Source: a virus
Taxonomy: Duplodnaviria; Caudoviricetes
IMG/VR virus record: IMGVR_UViG_3300012172_000198
Span: 1 to 27,760 of that record
Strand: one strand, 5' to 3'
DNA length: 27,760 nucleotides
The first letter of the stretch is position 1. Each line of letters opens with the position of its first letter. The notes under the pieces are model-generated. The model had not been told where the DNA came from, made no database searches, and was given only the letters and a program-made list of their open reading frames with translations. A program made the position numbers and the translations under genes. Positions 18,675 through 25,521 of the stretch are shown here, one piece after another.

Positions 18675-19064
18675 ATGTCAAAACAAACCACAGAAAGTTC
18701 ATCGGCTCCAGTGCCAGGGCCTTCCTCGGCGACGAAGTGGTGGCAGCTTTTTATCGTGTATCCCGCCCTCGGTACCAGCCTGTTTGCCGCCGTGCCGCGT
18801 GTCTGGGAGGAAGTGAAGGCACTGCGCTTAGGCGTGGCGCGCTCGCAGCTCCAGCTCGCGGAGGAACACACGCGGCTGTGGCAAGCGAACCTGGAGTGCC
18901 TCCAGCAGCAAGGCAGCTACGAAGTCGATGGCCCCCACGGCATCGTCGTGCGCGTGACACTCTGCCAGCGGACGGGCGATACGCTGCTGCGCTACCACGT
19001 GGGCGATTGGAGCCCGATCTATAAATGGGTGGGGCTCCCGGTGGAGAAGGTGAAGAAGCCTTGA
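18675..19064 (+). CDS. Membrane-anchored hypothetical protein, 129 aa
   Basis: WWQLFIVYPALGTSLFAAVP hydrophobic segment; TGATG-coupled to the next gene; no SD at ATG 18675. Confidence 0.75.
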   Translation: MSKQTTESSSAPVPGPSSATKWWQLFIVYPALGTSLFAAVPRVWEEVKALRLGVARSQLQLAEEHTRLWQANLECLQQQGSYEVDGPHGIVVRVTLCQRTGDTLLRYHVGDWSPIYKWVGLPVEKVKKP

Positions 19065-19660
19065 TGCGCCTGCTCGTCCTGTGTCTCGTGCTGCTCCTCC
19101 TGGCCTGTCTCCTCACCGCCTGCAGTGCCCCACGCGACCGCGTCGTGCTGCTCGGCGTGACCGAGCCGGGCGGTCAGCTCACCGTGCAGACGCCTCGCCA
19201 GACCCTCACCCTCGACACGGCGTACCAGACGGCGACGGCCAGGCCGAGCGGGCGCCTCGACGCGGGCCTCACCACCGCCGAGGCCGTGCAGGCACGCTAC
19301 GGCGCGGTGCTCCTGACGACGCCGGCGGCGGGGCGGCTGTTCGTCCTCTCGTTTGCCACGGGCCAGACAACGCTGACACCCGAGAGTCAGGCGGAGGTGC
19401 CGGCGCTGCTCGCCGAGGTGGCGCGGCGCGAGGCGGTGGAGGTGGAAATTGCCGGCCATACCGACACCGTCGGGGACCTGGAGACCAACGACCGGCTGTC
19501 CCTGGCGCGGGCCGAGGCGGTGCGGGAACTGCTGGTGCAGGCCGGGCTCCGGAGCGCGTTCGTGCGCGTGGTGGGTCGAGGGGAGCGGGCCTTGCTGGTG
19601 CAGACGCCAGACGAGGTCGATGCACCTGAAAACCGGCGCGTCGAGGTACGTATCCGTTAA
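19064..19660 (+). CDS. OmpA-family peptidoglycan-binding lipoprotein
   Basis: Signal peptide with lipobox LTAC; OmpA C-domain motifs GHTDTVG..NDRLSLARAEAV..GRGE..NRRVEV. Confidence 0.92.
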   Translation: MRLLVLCLVLLLLACLLTACSAPRDRVVLLGVTEPGGQLTVQTPRQTLTLDTAYQTATARPSGRLDAGLTTAEAVQARYGAVLLTTPAAGRLFVLSFATGQTTLTPESQAEVPALLAEVARREAVEVEIAGHTDTVGDLETNDRLSLARAEAVRELLVQAGLRSAFVRVVGRGERALLVQTPDEVDAPENRRVEVRIR

Positions 19661-19746
19661 GGCGCCAGCAGGTACAGCGCCACGACCGTCACCGCGATCG
19701 CGCCGATGAGCGCCAGCACCAGCAGCGCGGCGTCGGTGTTCCGCAT
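19657..19746 (-). CDS. 29-aa single-TM peptide (not in ORF track)
   Basis: MRNTDAALLVLALIGAIAVTVVALYLLAP*; ATG abuts the upstream TAG; high GC3. Confidence 0.6.
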   Translation of the reverse strand: MRNTDAALLVLALIGAIAVTVVALYLLAP

Positions 19747-19887
19747 CTAGCGGCCCAGCGGCAGCGCGCGCAGCAGCTCGATCAGCGCCAGCAGGAGCAC
19801 GGCCGGCCACAGCGGCCAGGGCCGGACCGCGCTCACGATGGTCACGACGAACGCCGTCACCGCGAGCAGCACGAAAACGGTTAACAT
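19747..19887 (-). CDS. 46-aa two-TM membrane peptide (not in ORF track)
   Basis: MLTVFVLLAVTAFVVTIVSAVRPWPLWPAVLLLALIELLRALPLGR*; GGAGGA SD. Confidence 0.7.
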   Translation of the reverse strand: MLTVFVLLAVTAFVVTIVSAVRPWPLWPAVLLLALIELLRALPLGR

Positions 19888-20115
19888 ACGCTCTCCTCCG
19901 GTCTCTTCGGCAACGTCCAGCGGCCCTCCCCCGGGCGCCGGGGCGGCCCGTCGTCCTGCACGCCTTCCTCCAGCACCTGGTCAATCAGCACGTCGACGCG
20001 CTCCACGATCGCCTCCAGCGCCAGCTTGTGCGGCGAGAAGTCCAAGACGCGCGCACGCCGCCTGGAGCGCGTCAGCGACCGCGCAGAGGGCGTCCAACAG
20101 GTCGCGCTGCGTCAC
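19881..20115 (-). pseudogene. Small helical protein gene with an apparent 1-nt frameshift
   Basis: GTG-started MTQRDLLDALCAVADALQAACAR continues with high-GC3 codons only in another frame: LDFSPHKLALEAIVERVDVLIDQVLEEGV... Confidence 0.5.
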
Positions 20116-20357
20116 GGGTGCCTCCCTCGCGCCGTCCCGCACGTGGGGCACGTCCACGGCAGCACGTCCAGCGGTCCCCACCACCCACAACACAGATGCA
20201 CCGGCAGGGCGCGCACCGCGCCCACCCACGCCCGCGCCGTGTGGGGGGCCGCGGTGTGGCACGAGACGCATTGCCCAAAGACGCACAGTACCAGGTGCTT
20301 CAGGCAGGTGCGGCAGACGCCGGCGTCATGGCGCATGCGCAGCACGTCATCAGGCAT
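20112..20357 (-). CDS. Cys-rich putative Zn-binding protein, 81 aa
   Basis: Three CxxC pairs plus HLCC; GGAGG SD before ATG 20357. Confidence 0.6.
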   Translation of the reverse strand: MPDDVLRMRHDAGVCRTCLKHLVLCVFGQCVSCHTAAPHTARAWVGAVRALPVHLCCGWWGPLDVLPWTCPTCGTARGRHP

Positions 20358-20418
20358 GCGGCGTGCCTCCCTCGTCCCTCTGGCGTATCCTGGCCCCGCC
20401 GGCGCGGGGGCGTCGGCT

Positions 20419-20658
20419 TTATTCCGTCGATCCCGCTGCGGGCCTGGGAGAGCCCGCAGCGGGTGGCGCCGCCCGCCGCCTGGCCTCTGCGTCACGCCAC
20501 ACCTTTTCGTCCACCTCCAGGCGCTGCGCGCAGCCCTGCCAGCCGCAGACGACGTAGACCAGCGCGCCGGTCGGCGTCGCCACGGCGCTGTGCGCTTGAT
20601 CCAGCGGGTGGTGCTTCTTGTCGTGTGCGTCGCTCGAGCGGATACCGTCTACGAGCAT
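20419..20658 (-). CDS. Hypothetical protein, 79 aa
   Basis: GGAGG SD; H.H.L...CGWQGC motif; overlaps the upstream stop. Confidence 0.55.
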   Translation of the reverse strand: MLVDGIRSSDAHDKKHHPLDQAHSAVATPTGALVYVVCGWQGCAQRLEVDEKVWRDAEARRRAAPPAAGSPRPAAGSTE

Positions 20659-21206
20659 GGCGCCTCCTCCGGGAAAGGCCGCTGCGGCGCGATGGACTGC
20701 GCCATCGTGAGCACGCGCCGTCCCGCCGTGGGCAAGCCCCAGGTGAACACGCCGGGCGGACAGCACCAGAGATAGAAGCGGTTGCTGGGATCGACCAGGC
20801 GCGATTCGCTCGGGTAGAGCTCGACGCCTTCCCATTCCTCCCCCACCAGGTCATTTTTCACGCGTTGGAGATCGCGCCAGTCATGCCGTGCGGTCTCCGA
20901 GACATGCGTGATACCCAGGATGGCATACGGGCCATTGCCCCAGGGAAAGCCTTCCTGGTACCTTCTGCACGAGGCGGTATACCAGCGGCTCACCCAGTGC
21001 TCGGCCTCCTCCCCGTTTGCGAGCTGGATGGTGCCGTCCTGGCGCATGGGCTCCCAGGCCAGGGACGGTGCCTCACGATGCGTCAGCACGACGCCCTGAG
21101 CATCCGTGTAGGTCTTGCTGGGTGGGGGTGCCTGCTGGCCCAGGTCTTTGTAGAGATGCAGGCGCACATTGCGCTGCAGTCGTTTCAGTTGCCGTGCTCG
21201 TCCCAC
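20649..21206 (-). CDS. Conserved phage protein of unknown function (HDWRDLQRVKN..E.YP.ESRLVD..N family)
   Basis: Recurrent phage motif HDWRDLQRVKNDLVGEEWEGVELYPSESRLVDPSNRFYLW; GAGGAGG SD before GTG 21206. Confidence 0.75.
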   Translation of the reverse strand: MGRARQLKRLQRNVRLHLYKDLGQQAPPPSKTYTDAQGVVLTHREAPSLAWEPMRQDGTIQLANGEEAEHWVSRWYTASCRRYQEGFPWGNGPYAILGITHVSETARHDWRDLQRVKNDLVGEEWEGVELYPSESRLVDPSNRFYLWCCPPGVFTWGLPTAGRRVLTMAQSIAPQRPFPEEAPCS

Positions 21207-21451
21207 GTTCCCTCCTCGCCAAACAATGCCCCCTGCGCCGGCCGGTGCGCCCGGGCCGCCTGGGCTGCCTCGCGTTTGCACTGCGACAGCGTCTGCTGGA
21301 TCGCGTCCAGCGCCCGGACCCACTCCGAGGGCACGCCCTCCGCACACCAGTCGCGGTAGCTCGTGGCCACCAGGGCCAGCCGGGTGTAGAGCTGGCACCC
21401 GAGCGCCGTCTGCTCCGGCGTGGGCGTCGGCAGTGCAGGCTGCTCGCTCAC
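21185..21451 (-). CDS. Hypothetical protein, 88 aa
   Basis: GTG start; high GC3; helical; ends QGALF. Confidence 0.6.
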   Translation of the reverse strand: MSEQPALPTPTPEQTALGCQLYTRLALVATSYRDWCAEGVPSEWVRALDAIQQTLSQCKREAAQAARAHRPAQGALFGEEGTWDEHGN

Positions 21452-22554
21452 GGCGCTGGTCCGCCCTCGTGCGGCGTCACGCCTGCCCCGGGCTCCGACC
21501 CGGGGGCGTCTCCTCCCTGGCCCACCGGCGGTGCGCGAAGGCCCGCCGGGAGCGGTCGTAGAGGCCCTGCAGGCCGTGTGCCTGAAACCGCCGCACCCAG
21601 CGGTAGACATGGCGCCTGCTGATCCCCACCGTGTCGGCCACCCGCGTGATCGCCATGCCGTCCGCCACCAGCAGGAGGATCTGCGCCCGGCGGGCCCGGG
21701 CCGCCGGTACCCCCCGCGCCCGCTGCCAGGCTTCGAGGGTCTGGCGCTCCGCCGCGGTCAGGGTGAGGTGCAGACTGGTGCGGCGGCCACTGGGCATGGG
21801 GGGCTCCTTCCTGCGTGCGGGGTGGGGCCTGGGGAGTGGGAGTCGTCAGGTCGTCACGTGCGAGGCGGGCCATGAGTCCACGTATTCCGTCCAGATTCAC
21901 CGCATACTGCGCCGTGGCAGGCACGGGAGAGACCGTAGCGGGCGTGGTGTTATTCCCCTGTCCCAAAGAGAGAGAAAAATGGCCCCCTGCTTCGGGAGAG
22001 GTAGGAGAGGGATCTTTTCTCTCTCTTTCAGTCTCTCCGGAAATCTCTTCCCTTGTATTATCATTAATGGAATTTGACCTTTGGTCAAATTCCAACTTCC
22101 CCAAAGGTAAAGTTCCAACTTCCCCAAAGGTCAAATTGGAATTTACCGGGAACAAAATCATTTTCATACTGGCGAGAAAAGGTACCACATGAAGATGGAT
22201 ATGAATGGTGGGGAGTCCATGAAAGTGAAATCTTTTGATGGAAATGTAGTCTTTCTTGATAAGAACGTCACTTGATCTATCGAATTGCTTGGGAGTGATG
22301 CGGCATTCCTCCCACCAATCTTCCCGCTTCTTCACTAGCCACCACTTCTCCTCGTGCCTGACGCCGCATCCATGGGCGACCATGCGCATATCGCTCCCTG
22401 TCGACGCGGGGAGGTGCCAATAAAGAATCTGGCTGAGGAGGACGCCAGAGACCAGGTCGCCCGCCATGTCGATATAGAGACGTTTCACGTCTATGCAGTC
22501 ACGGGAGGCGGTCTCCCAGGCGAGGAAGAGCGGCCACAATTGTTCGTCGTTCAC
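21448..22554 (-). CDS. Phage replication initiator (winged-HTH N-domain)
   Basis: GTG 22554 coupled to the upstream stop; GDLVSGVLLSQILYW..WLVKKREDWWEECRIT.KQFDR pattern; internal iterons. The 3' third overlaps the HTH gene and is low-complexity. Confidence 0.75.
   Translation of the reverse strand: MNDEQLWPLFLAWETASRDCIDVKRLYIDMAGDLVSGVLLSQILYWHLPASTGSDMRMVAHGCGVRHEEKWWLVKKREDWWEECRITPKQFDRSSDVLIKKDYISIKRFHFHGLPTIHIHLHVVPFLASMKMILFPVNSNLTFGEVGTLPLGKLEFDQRSNSINDNTREEISGETERERKDPSPTSPEAGGHFSLSLGQGNNTTPATVSPVPATAQYAVNLDGIRGLMARLARDDLTTPTPQAPPRTQEGAPHAQWPPHQSAPHPDRGGAPDPRSLAAGAGGTGGPGPPGADPPAGGGRHGDHAGGRHGGDQQAPCLPLGAAVSGTRPAGPLRPLPAGLRAPPVGQGGDAPGSEPGAGVTPHEGGPAP
21477..21797 (-). CDS. Stand-alone IS630-type helix-turn-helix protein
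   Basis: LTAAERQTLEAW.R...ARRAQILLL.ADG..IT.VA..VGISR..VYRWVRRF...GL.GL.D; no DDE domain follows; AGGAAGGAG SD. Confidence 0.8.
   Translation of the reverse strand: MPSGRRTSLHLTLTAAERQTLEAWQRARGVPAARARRAQILLLVADGMAITRVADTVGISRRHVYRWVRRFQAHGLQGLYDRSRRAFAHRRWAREETPPGRSPGQA
22068..22146. repeat. Iteron array / putative replication origin
   Basis: 23-bp repeats GGTCAAATTCCAACTTCCCCAAA (22083) and GGTAAAGTTCCAACTTCCCCAAA (22106), partial third at 22129; perfect 12-bp inverted repeat 22068-22094; AT- and purine-skewed flank. Confidence 0.8.
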
Positions 22555-22787
22555 GGCTCTGCCTCCCCTCCCGTCCTCCCCCCAAACATCTCCCCCTGCC
22601 CGCTCGCGTCGTCCTCCGCCTCGACCAAGGTCCGCAACGTCTCGACGATCGCCTCCATCGCCGCCCGCTCGCGCGTCGCGGTGGACTGCAGCATCGTCTC
22701 GTTCGCCACCAGGCGCGGGTAGACCCTTTTTCTCAGGGCTAACTCTCTTGTCGCACACCGCAGTTGCTCGACGAGTGAGACGCTCAC
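22551..22787 (-). CDS. Conserved phage hypothetical protein, 78 aa
   Basis: EQLRCATRELALRKRVYPRLV...REraaMEAIVETL motif; GTGA coupling at both ends. Confidence 0.75.
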   Translation of the reverse strand: MSVSLVEQLRCATRELALRKRVYPRLVANETMLQSTATRERAAMEAIVETLRTLVEAEDDASGQGEMFGGRTGGEAEP

Positions 22788-23521
22788 GCTGTCCTCTCCA
22801 CGTAGCGGACAGGTCTCCCACGCGCCCGACGCCTGGCCGTATCGAGAATGCGTTTACACGCCCGACAGCGGCGTTTCCCTTTGGTATCCCAATAGGTATT
22901 GCCTGCATCGTAGGCATGCCCACGATAGCACTGCTCGACTGGCACAAACGCAGGACGAGGATGGGTGTGCTGCCACCGATCGTGTCGTTGCGCATCCCGG
23001 CGACGTTTGCAGGCGCGACAGGACCGATGCTGTCGCCTCGTGATCGTATTGTCTGGCGTATATGCATGCCCTGCAGGGCAGTGGGTTTTGGTCGCATTGC
23101 GCGCCGGCGGCGACGTGCCGCGTAAGATATTGACCACGGTGGTCACTGGCTCCAGGTGTGCGGGATTGATACAGGCCGGCCGGCAGCAGAGATGGTCAAG
23201 GGCCACCGTCAGTGGTAATTGTCCACGCACGTGTTGATAGAGAAAGCGATGGACATTCCTGGTCTTGCGGTCAATGCTGAGCATCGCATAGCCGTGATTG
23301 CTGACCTTGCCGTGCCAGAGCCAGCATTCACCTTCTTGCCGCACGTGTGCCCAGAGGCGATCGAAGAGCCGTAAACGTTTGGCCTGTTGCCGGCAGGCGA
23401 TGGAACAGGCCGGTTGCCGAGAGATCGCATGGCCTGGCCGTGTATAGGGACGCTGACACGTCCAGCAGATCACGGTCATTGGTGTCCGGTATCGTTTCCG
23501 AACAGCGTTCTGATCTACCAC
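22784..23521 (-). CDS. HNH endonuclease with two C-terminal C..GH..C..C Zn-finger repeats
   Basis: CWLWHG...GYA...VHRFLY...LDHLCCRPACINPAHLEPVT..NI.RG; KTHCPAGHAY..CRAC and CYRGHAY..CRAC. Start 23521 or 23527 after GAGGAG. Confidence 0.92.
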   Translation of the reverse strand: MVDQNAVRKRYRTPMTVICWTCQRPYTRPGHAISRQPACSIACRQQAKRLRLFDRLWAHVRQEGECWLWHGKVSNHGYAMLSIDRKTRNVHRFLYQHVRGQLPLTVALDHLCCRPACINPAHLEPVTTVVNILRGTSPPARNATKTHCPAGHAYTPDNTITRRQHRSCRACKRRRDAQRHDRWQHTHPRPAFVPVEQCYRGHAYDAGNTYWDTKGKRRCRACKRILDTARRRARGRPVRYVERTA

Positions 23522-23607
23522 AACCACCTCTCCTCGACGCGCACGCGCAGCGCCAGCTCGCGCTTCGCACACGCCAGTTGCAGGCGTAGAGAGACGGCGT
23601 CAGGCAT
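23515..23607 (-). pseudogene. Orphan 5' stub of the 22551..22787 gene, 30 aa
   Basis: MPDAVSLRLQLACAKRELALRVRV|EERWLW* aligns with MSVSLVEQLRCATRELALRKRV|YPRL; GGAGG SD. Confidence 0.75.
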
Positions 23608-23610
23608 GGC

Positions 23611-24015
23611 TCAGTCCTCCGCCGGCGCATAGGCCCGTCTGCCACCGGCACACACCCACTCGCCGGCGACCGCCGTGTGCGCCGTGAGCGCCTCGCCACA
23701 CCAGCGGCACGGGGGGGACGGCACGTCGCGGTGCGGCTGGTTGCCCAGCTCGACCAGCACCGCCAGGTCGCCGTCGAGCTGGGCCAGGCTCGCCTGAAAC
23801 CCCCGGAGAAAGCCCTGCACGATGGCTCTGGAGGTCCTGGGAAAGGCCGGATGCCGCATGGCAAGCTGCAGCGCCCCGCTGAGGACGTGTCCGGTGAGGA
23901 CGTCCAGCTCCAGGTGCACCGGATGCCGCGCGTGCCGCTCCAGGAGGGCGAGCATCGCCTGCTCCTGCTGTGGAGACTCCCGGCGTGGGCGTGGTGCGCG
24001 CGCACGTTTGGACAT
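23611..24015 (-). CDS. Hypothetical protein, 134 aa
   Basis: GGAGGG SD; GALQLAMRHP motif; C-terminal CRWC..H..C. Confidence 0.65.
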   Translation of the reverse strand: MSKRARAPRPRRESPQQEQAMLALLERHARHPVHLELDVLTGHVLSGALQLAMRHPAFPRTSRAIVQGFLRGFQASLAQLDGDLAVLVELGNQPHRDVPSPPCRWCGEALTAHTAVAGEWVCAGGRRAYAPAED

Positions 24016-24017
24016 GG

Positions 24018-24281
24018 CTATGCGTCCCTCCATTCCCCGTGCCACGCGTGACAAAAGCCGCAGTACCGCTCCTCCAGGTCCTTGGGATGCGCACTGCCCA
24101 GCCCGCAGCACAGACACACGAGGGCCACCTGGCCCCCGCGCATCCCCACCCGCGAACGCACGGACGTCTGGCACCCGGCGGCGACCAGCGCGGCGCGTCG
24201 TCGATCGGCGTCCGCCCGCCGGCGTGCGGGGTCGTGGGTGTCCGGTGGCGTCTCCCAGCGGCGTGGTGGGGCGTCAGGCAT
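24018..24281 (-). CDS. Small Zn-finger protein, 87 aa
   Basis: CLCCGLGSAHPKDLEERYCGFCHAWH motif. Confidence 0.65.
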   Translation of the reverse strand: MPDAPPRRWETPPDTHDPARRRADADRRRAALVAAGCQTSVRSRVGMRGGQVALVCLCCGLGSAHPKDLEERYCGFCHAWHGEWRDA

Positions 24282-24651
24282 GAGGGGCCTTTCCTGGAAA
24301 GAGCTGCGCCGAGAGCTCCTGCGCGGCCTCCAGCAGGGTCCTGGCTTCGTCGTCACTCACCCAGCGCTCTGGGACGCACCCAAAGGGACAGCGCATGCGC
24401 TCGACCAGGCCGTAGAGGCGGCAGATGAGTGGCCGGACCGTATAGACCGCGCACCCGCCACGGCGCAGCATCGGGCACGTGCGCTCATCCCGCATGGTGC
24501 GCCGTCCGCCGGGCTGCCTGCGCACCCGGAGCCACTCAACGCGGCTCATCAGGATTGGCCCGCAGGACTCCTGGCATTGCCGCTGACAGTCGATACGTGG
24601 AAGCCGTGCGTAGAGGGCTTCGAGCGCCGACACGGCGTCTGCGTAGGTCAT
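24274..24651 (-). CDS. YkgJ-like cysteine-cluster (Fe-S/Zn) protein
   Basis: C...C..SCGPI.MS..E...CPML..G.CAVYTVRPLICRLYG....CPFGC. Confidence 0.85.
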   Translation of the reverse strand: MTYADAVSALEALYARLPRIDCQRQCQESCGPILMSRVEWLRVRRQPGGRRTMRDERTCPMLRRGGCAVYTVRPLICRLYGLVERMRCPFGCVPERWVSDDEARTLLEAAQELSAQLFPGKAPHA

Positions 24652-24857
24652 ACGTCCTCCCCTCCGCTCTTCGCCCGCGCCCGCGCCGCGCGTCGCCGTG
24701 CCAGCTCCGCCTCCCAGCGCTCGCGTGGGACGGCGCGCTGGTGCCCCTCGCCGCAGGTGATGAGCATCCGGAGGCCCCCAGGTAAGACGCCCATCGCCTC
24801 TGTCTGGGAGAGATCCGTGTCGTCACAGTCGCACGCGTGGTTGGGGTACTGCCGCAT
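24648..24857 (-). CDS. Hypothetical protein, 69 aa
   Basis: GGAGGAG SD; CDC..C..GH; ATGA-coupled to the next gene. Confidence 0.6.
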   Translation of the reverse strand: MRQYPNHACDCDDTDLSQTEAMGVLPGGLRMLITCGEGHQRAVPRERWEAELARRRAARARAKSGGEDV

Positions 24858-24870
24858 CGTCTCCTCCTGC

Positions 24871-25077
24871 TCAGTCCTGCGCCCGGCTCGCGTGCGTGCA
24901 GCGACGCGCCGCTGCAGCGCGCTCGGTCAGCACCACGAACATGACCACGCCCTGCCAGGCGCGCCGCACCCGCGTCGGCACCTGCCCCCACCTGGGATGG
25001 GGCTGGCCGGGCAGCAGCTGGCACCACGCCTCGTAGGCCAGGCGCGCGAGCTCCGGCGTCTCCTCCGCGTCCGCCAT
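24871..25077 (-). CDS. Hypothetical protein, 68 aa
   Basis: ARLAYEAW.....P.W.......RAW motif seen in small phage proteins; G-rich SD. Confidence 0.65.
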   Translation of the reverse strand: MADAEETPELARLAYEAWCQLLPGQPHPRWGQVPTRVRRAWQGVVMFVVLTERAAAARRCTHASRAQD

Positions 25078-25089
25078 ACGCGTCCCCCC

Positions 25090-25386
25090 TCAGTGTTGCG
25101 CCCGGCTCGCCCGCGTCCGGCGCCGGGGCGGCAGCGCGTGCACCGCGGCGCGCGGCGTGGGGGGCGGGGGGAGCGGGGTTGCAGGGCTCTCAGCGTCCTC
25201 ATCGGTGCACAGCTCGTTCATGGAGACACCTAACGTCTGGGCGATCGCATACAGAATGGAGGCCGGCACTCGCGTCTTCTGATTTTCGTATTCCCAGACG
25301 CTATGCGGCTTGCGTCCTATGCGGTCTCCAATATCTTTCAGTGTCATGCCCTTCGCAAGGCGTATCTCACGTATTCTCAAGCGCAT
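25090..25386 (-). CDS. Cro-like XRE HTH regulator
   Basis: RIREIRLAKGMTLKDIGDRIG....VWEYEN.....L.AIAQTLGVS; AAGGAG SD; first gene of the leftward operon. Confidence 0.88.
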   Translation of the reverse strand: MRLRIREIRLAKGMTLKDIGDRIGRKPHSVWEYENQKTRVPASILYAIAQTLGVSMNELCTDEDAESPATPLPPPPTPRAAVHALPPRRRTRASRAQH

Positions 25387-25399
25387 AGGCGTCTTCTCC

Positions 25400-25501
25400 T
25401 TCGTTAGTAACGACGATATCACAGCGATGACTTCGTTGTCAACGAATCTATTTCCATCGCAATTCCGCTGGAAGAGAAGGTATATTTTCGGTATTGACGA
25501 A
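25400..25501. promoter_or_regulatory. Divergent switch region with three 15-bp operators and a leftward promoter
   Basis: TTCGTTAGTAACGAC (25400), TTCGTTGTCAACGAA (25432, perfect palindrome), TTCGGTATTGACGAA (25487); minus-strand TTGACA-18-TATCGT. Confidence 0.75.
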
Positions 25502-25521
25502 ACGCCGAGAAGGAGTGGTCA

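Noticed and set aside
21477-21797. Intact IS630 element
   Set aside because: No catalytic DDE ORF, terminal inverted repeats or TA duplication recognised.
22068-22146. CRISPR-like mini array
   Set aside because: Repeats are contiguous without spacers and lie inside a replication gene; iterons fit better.
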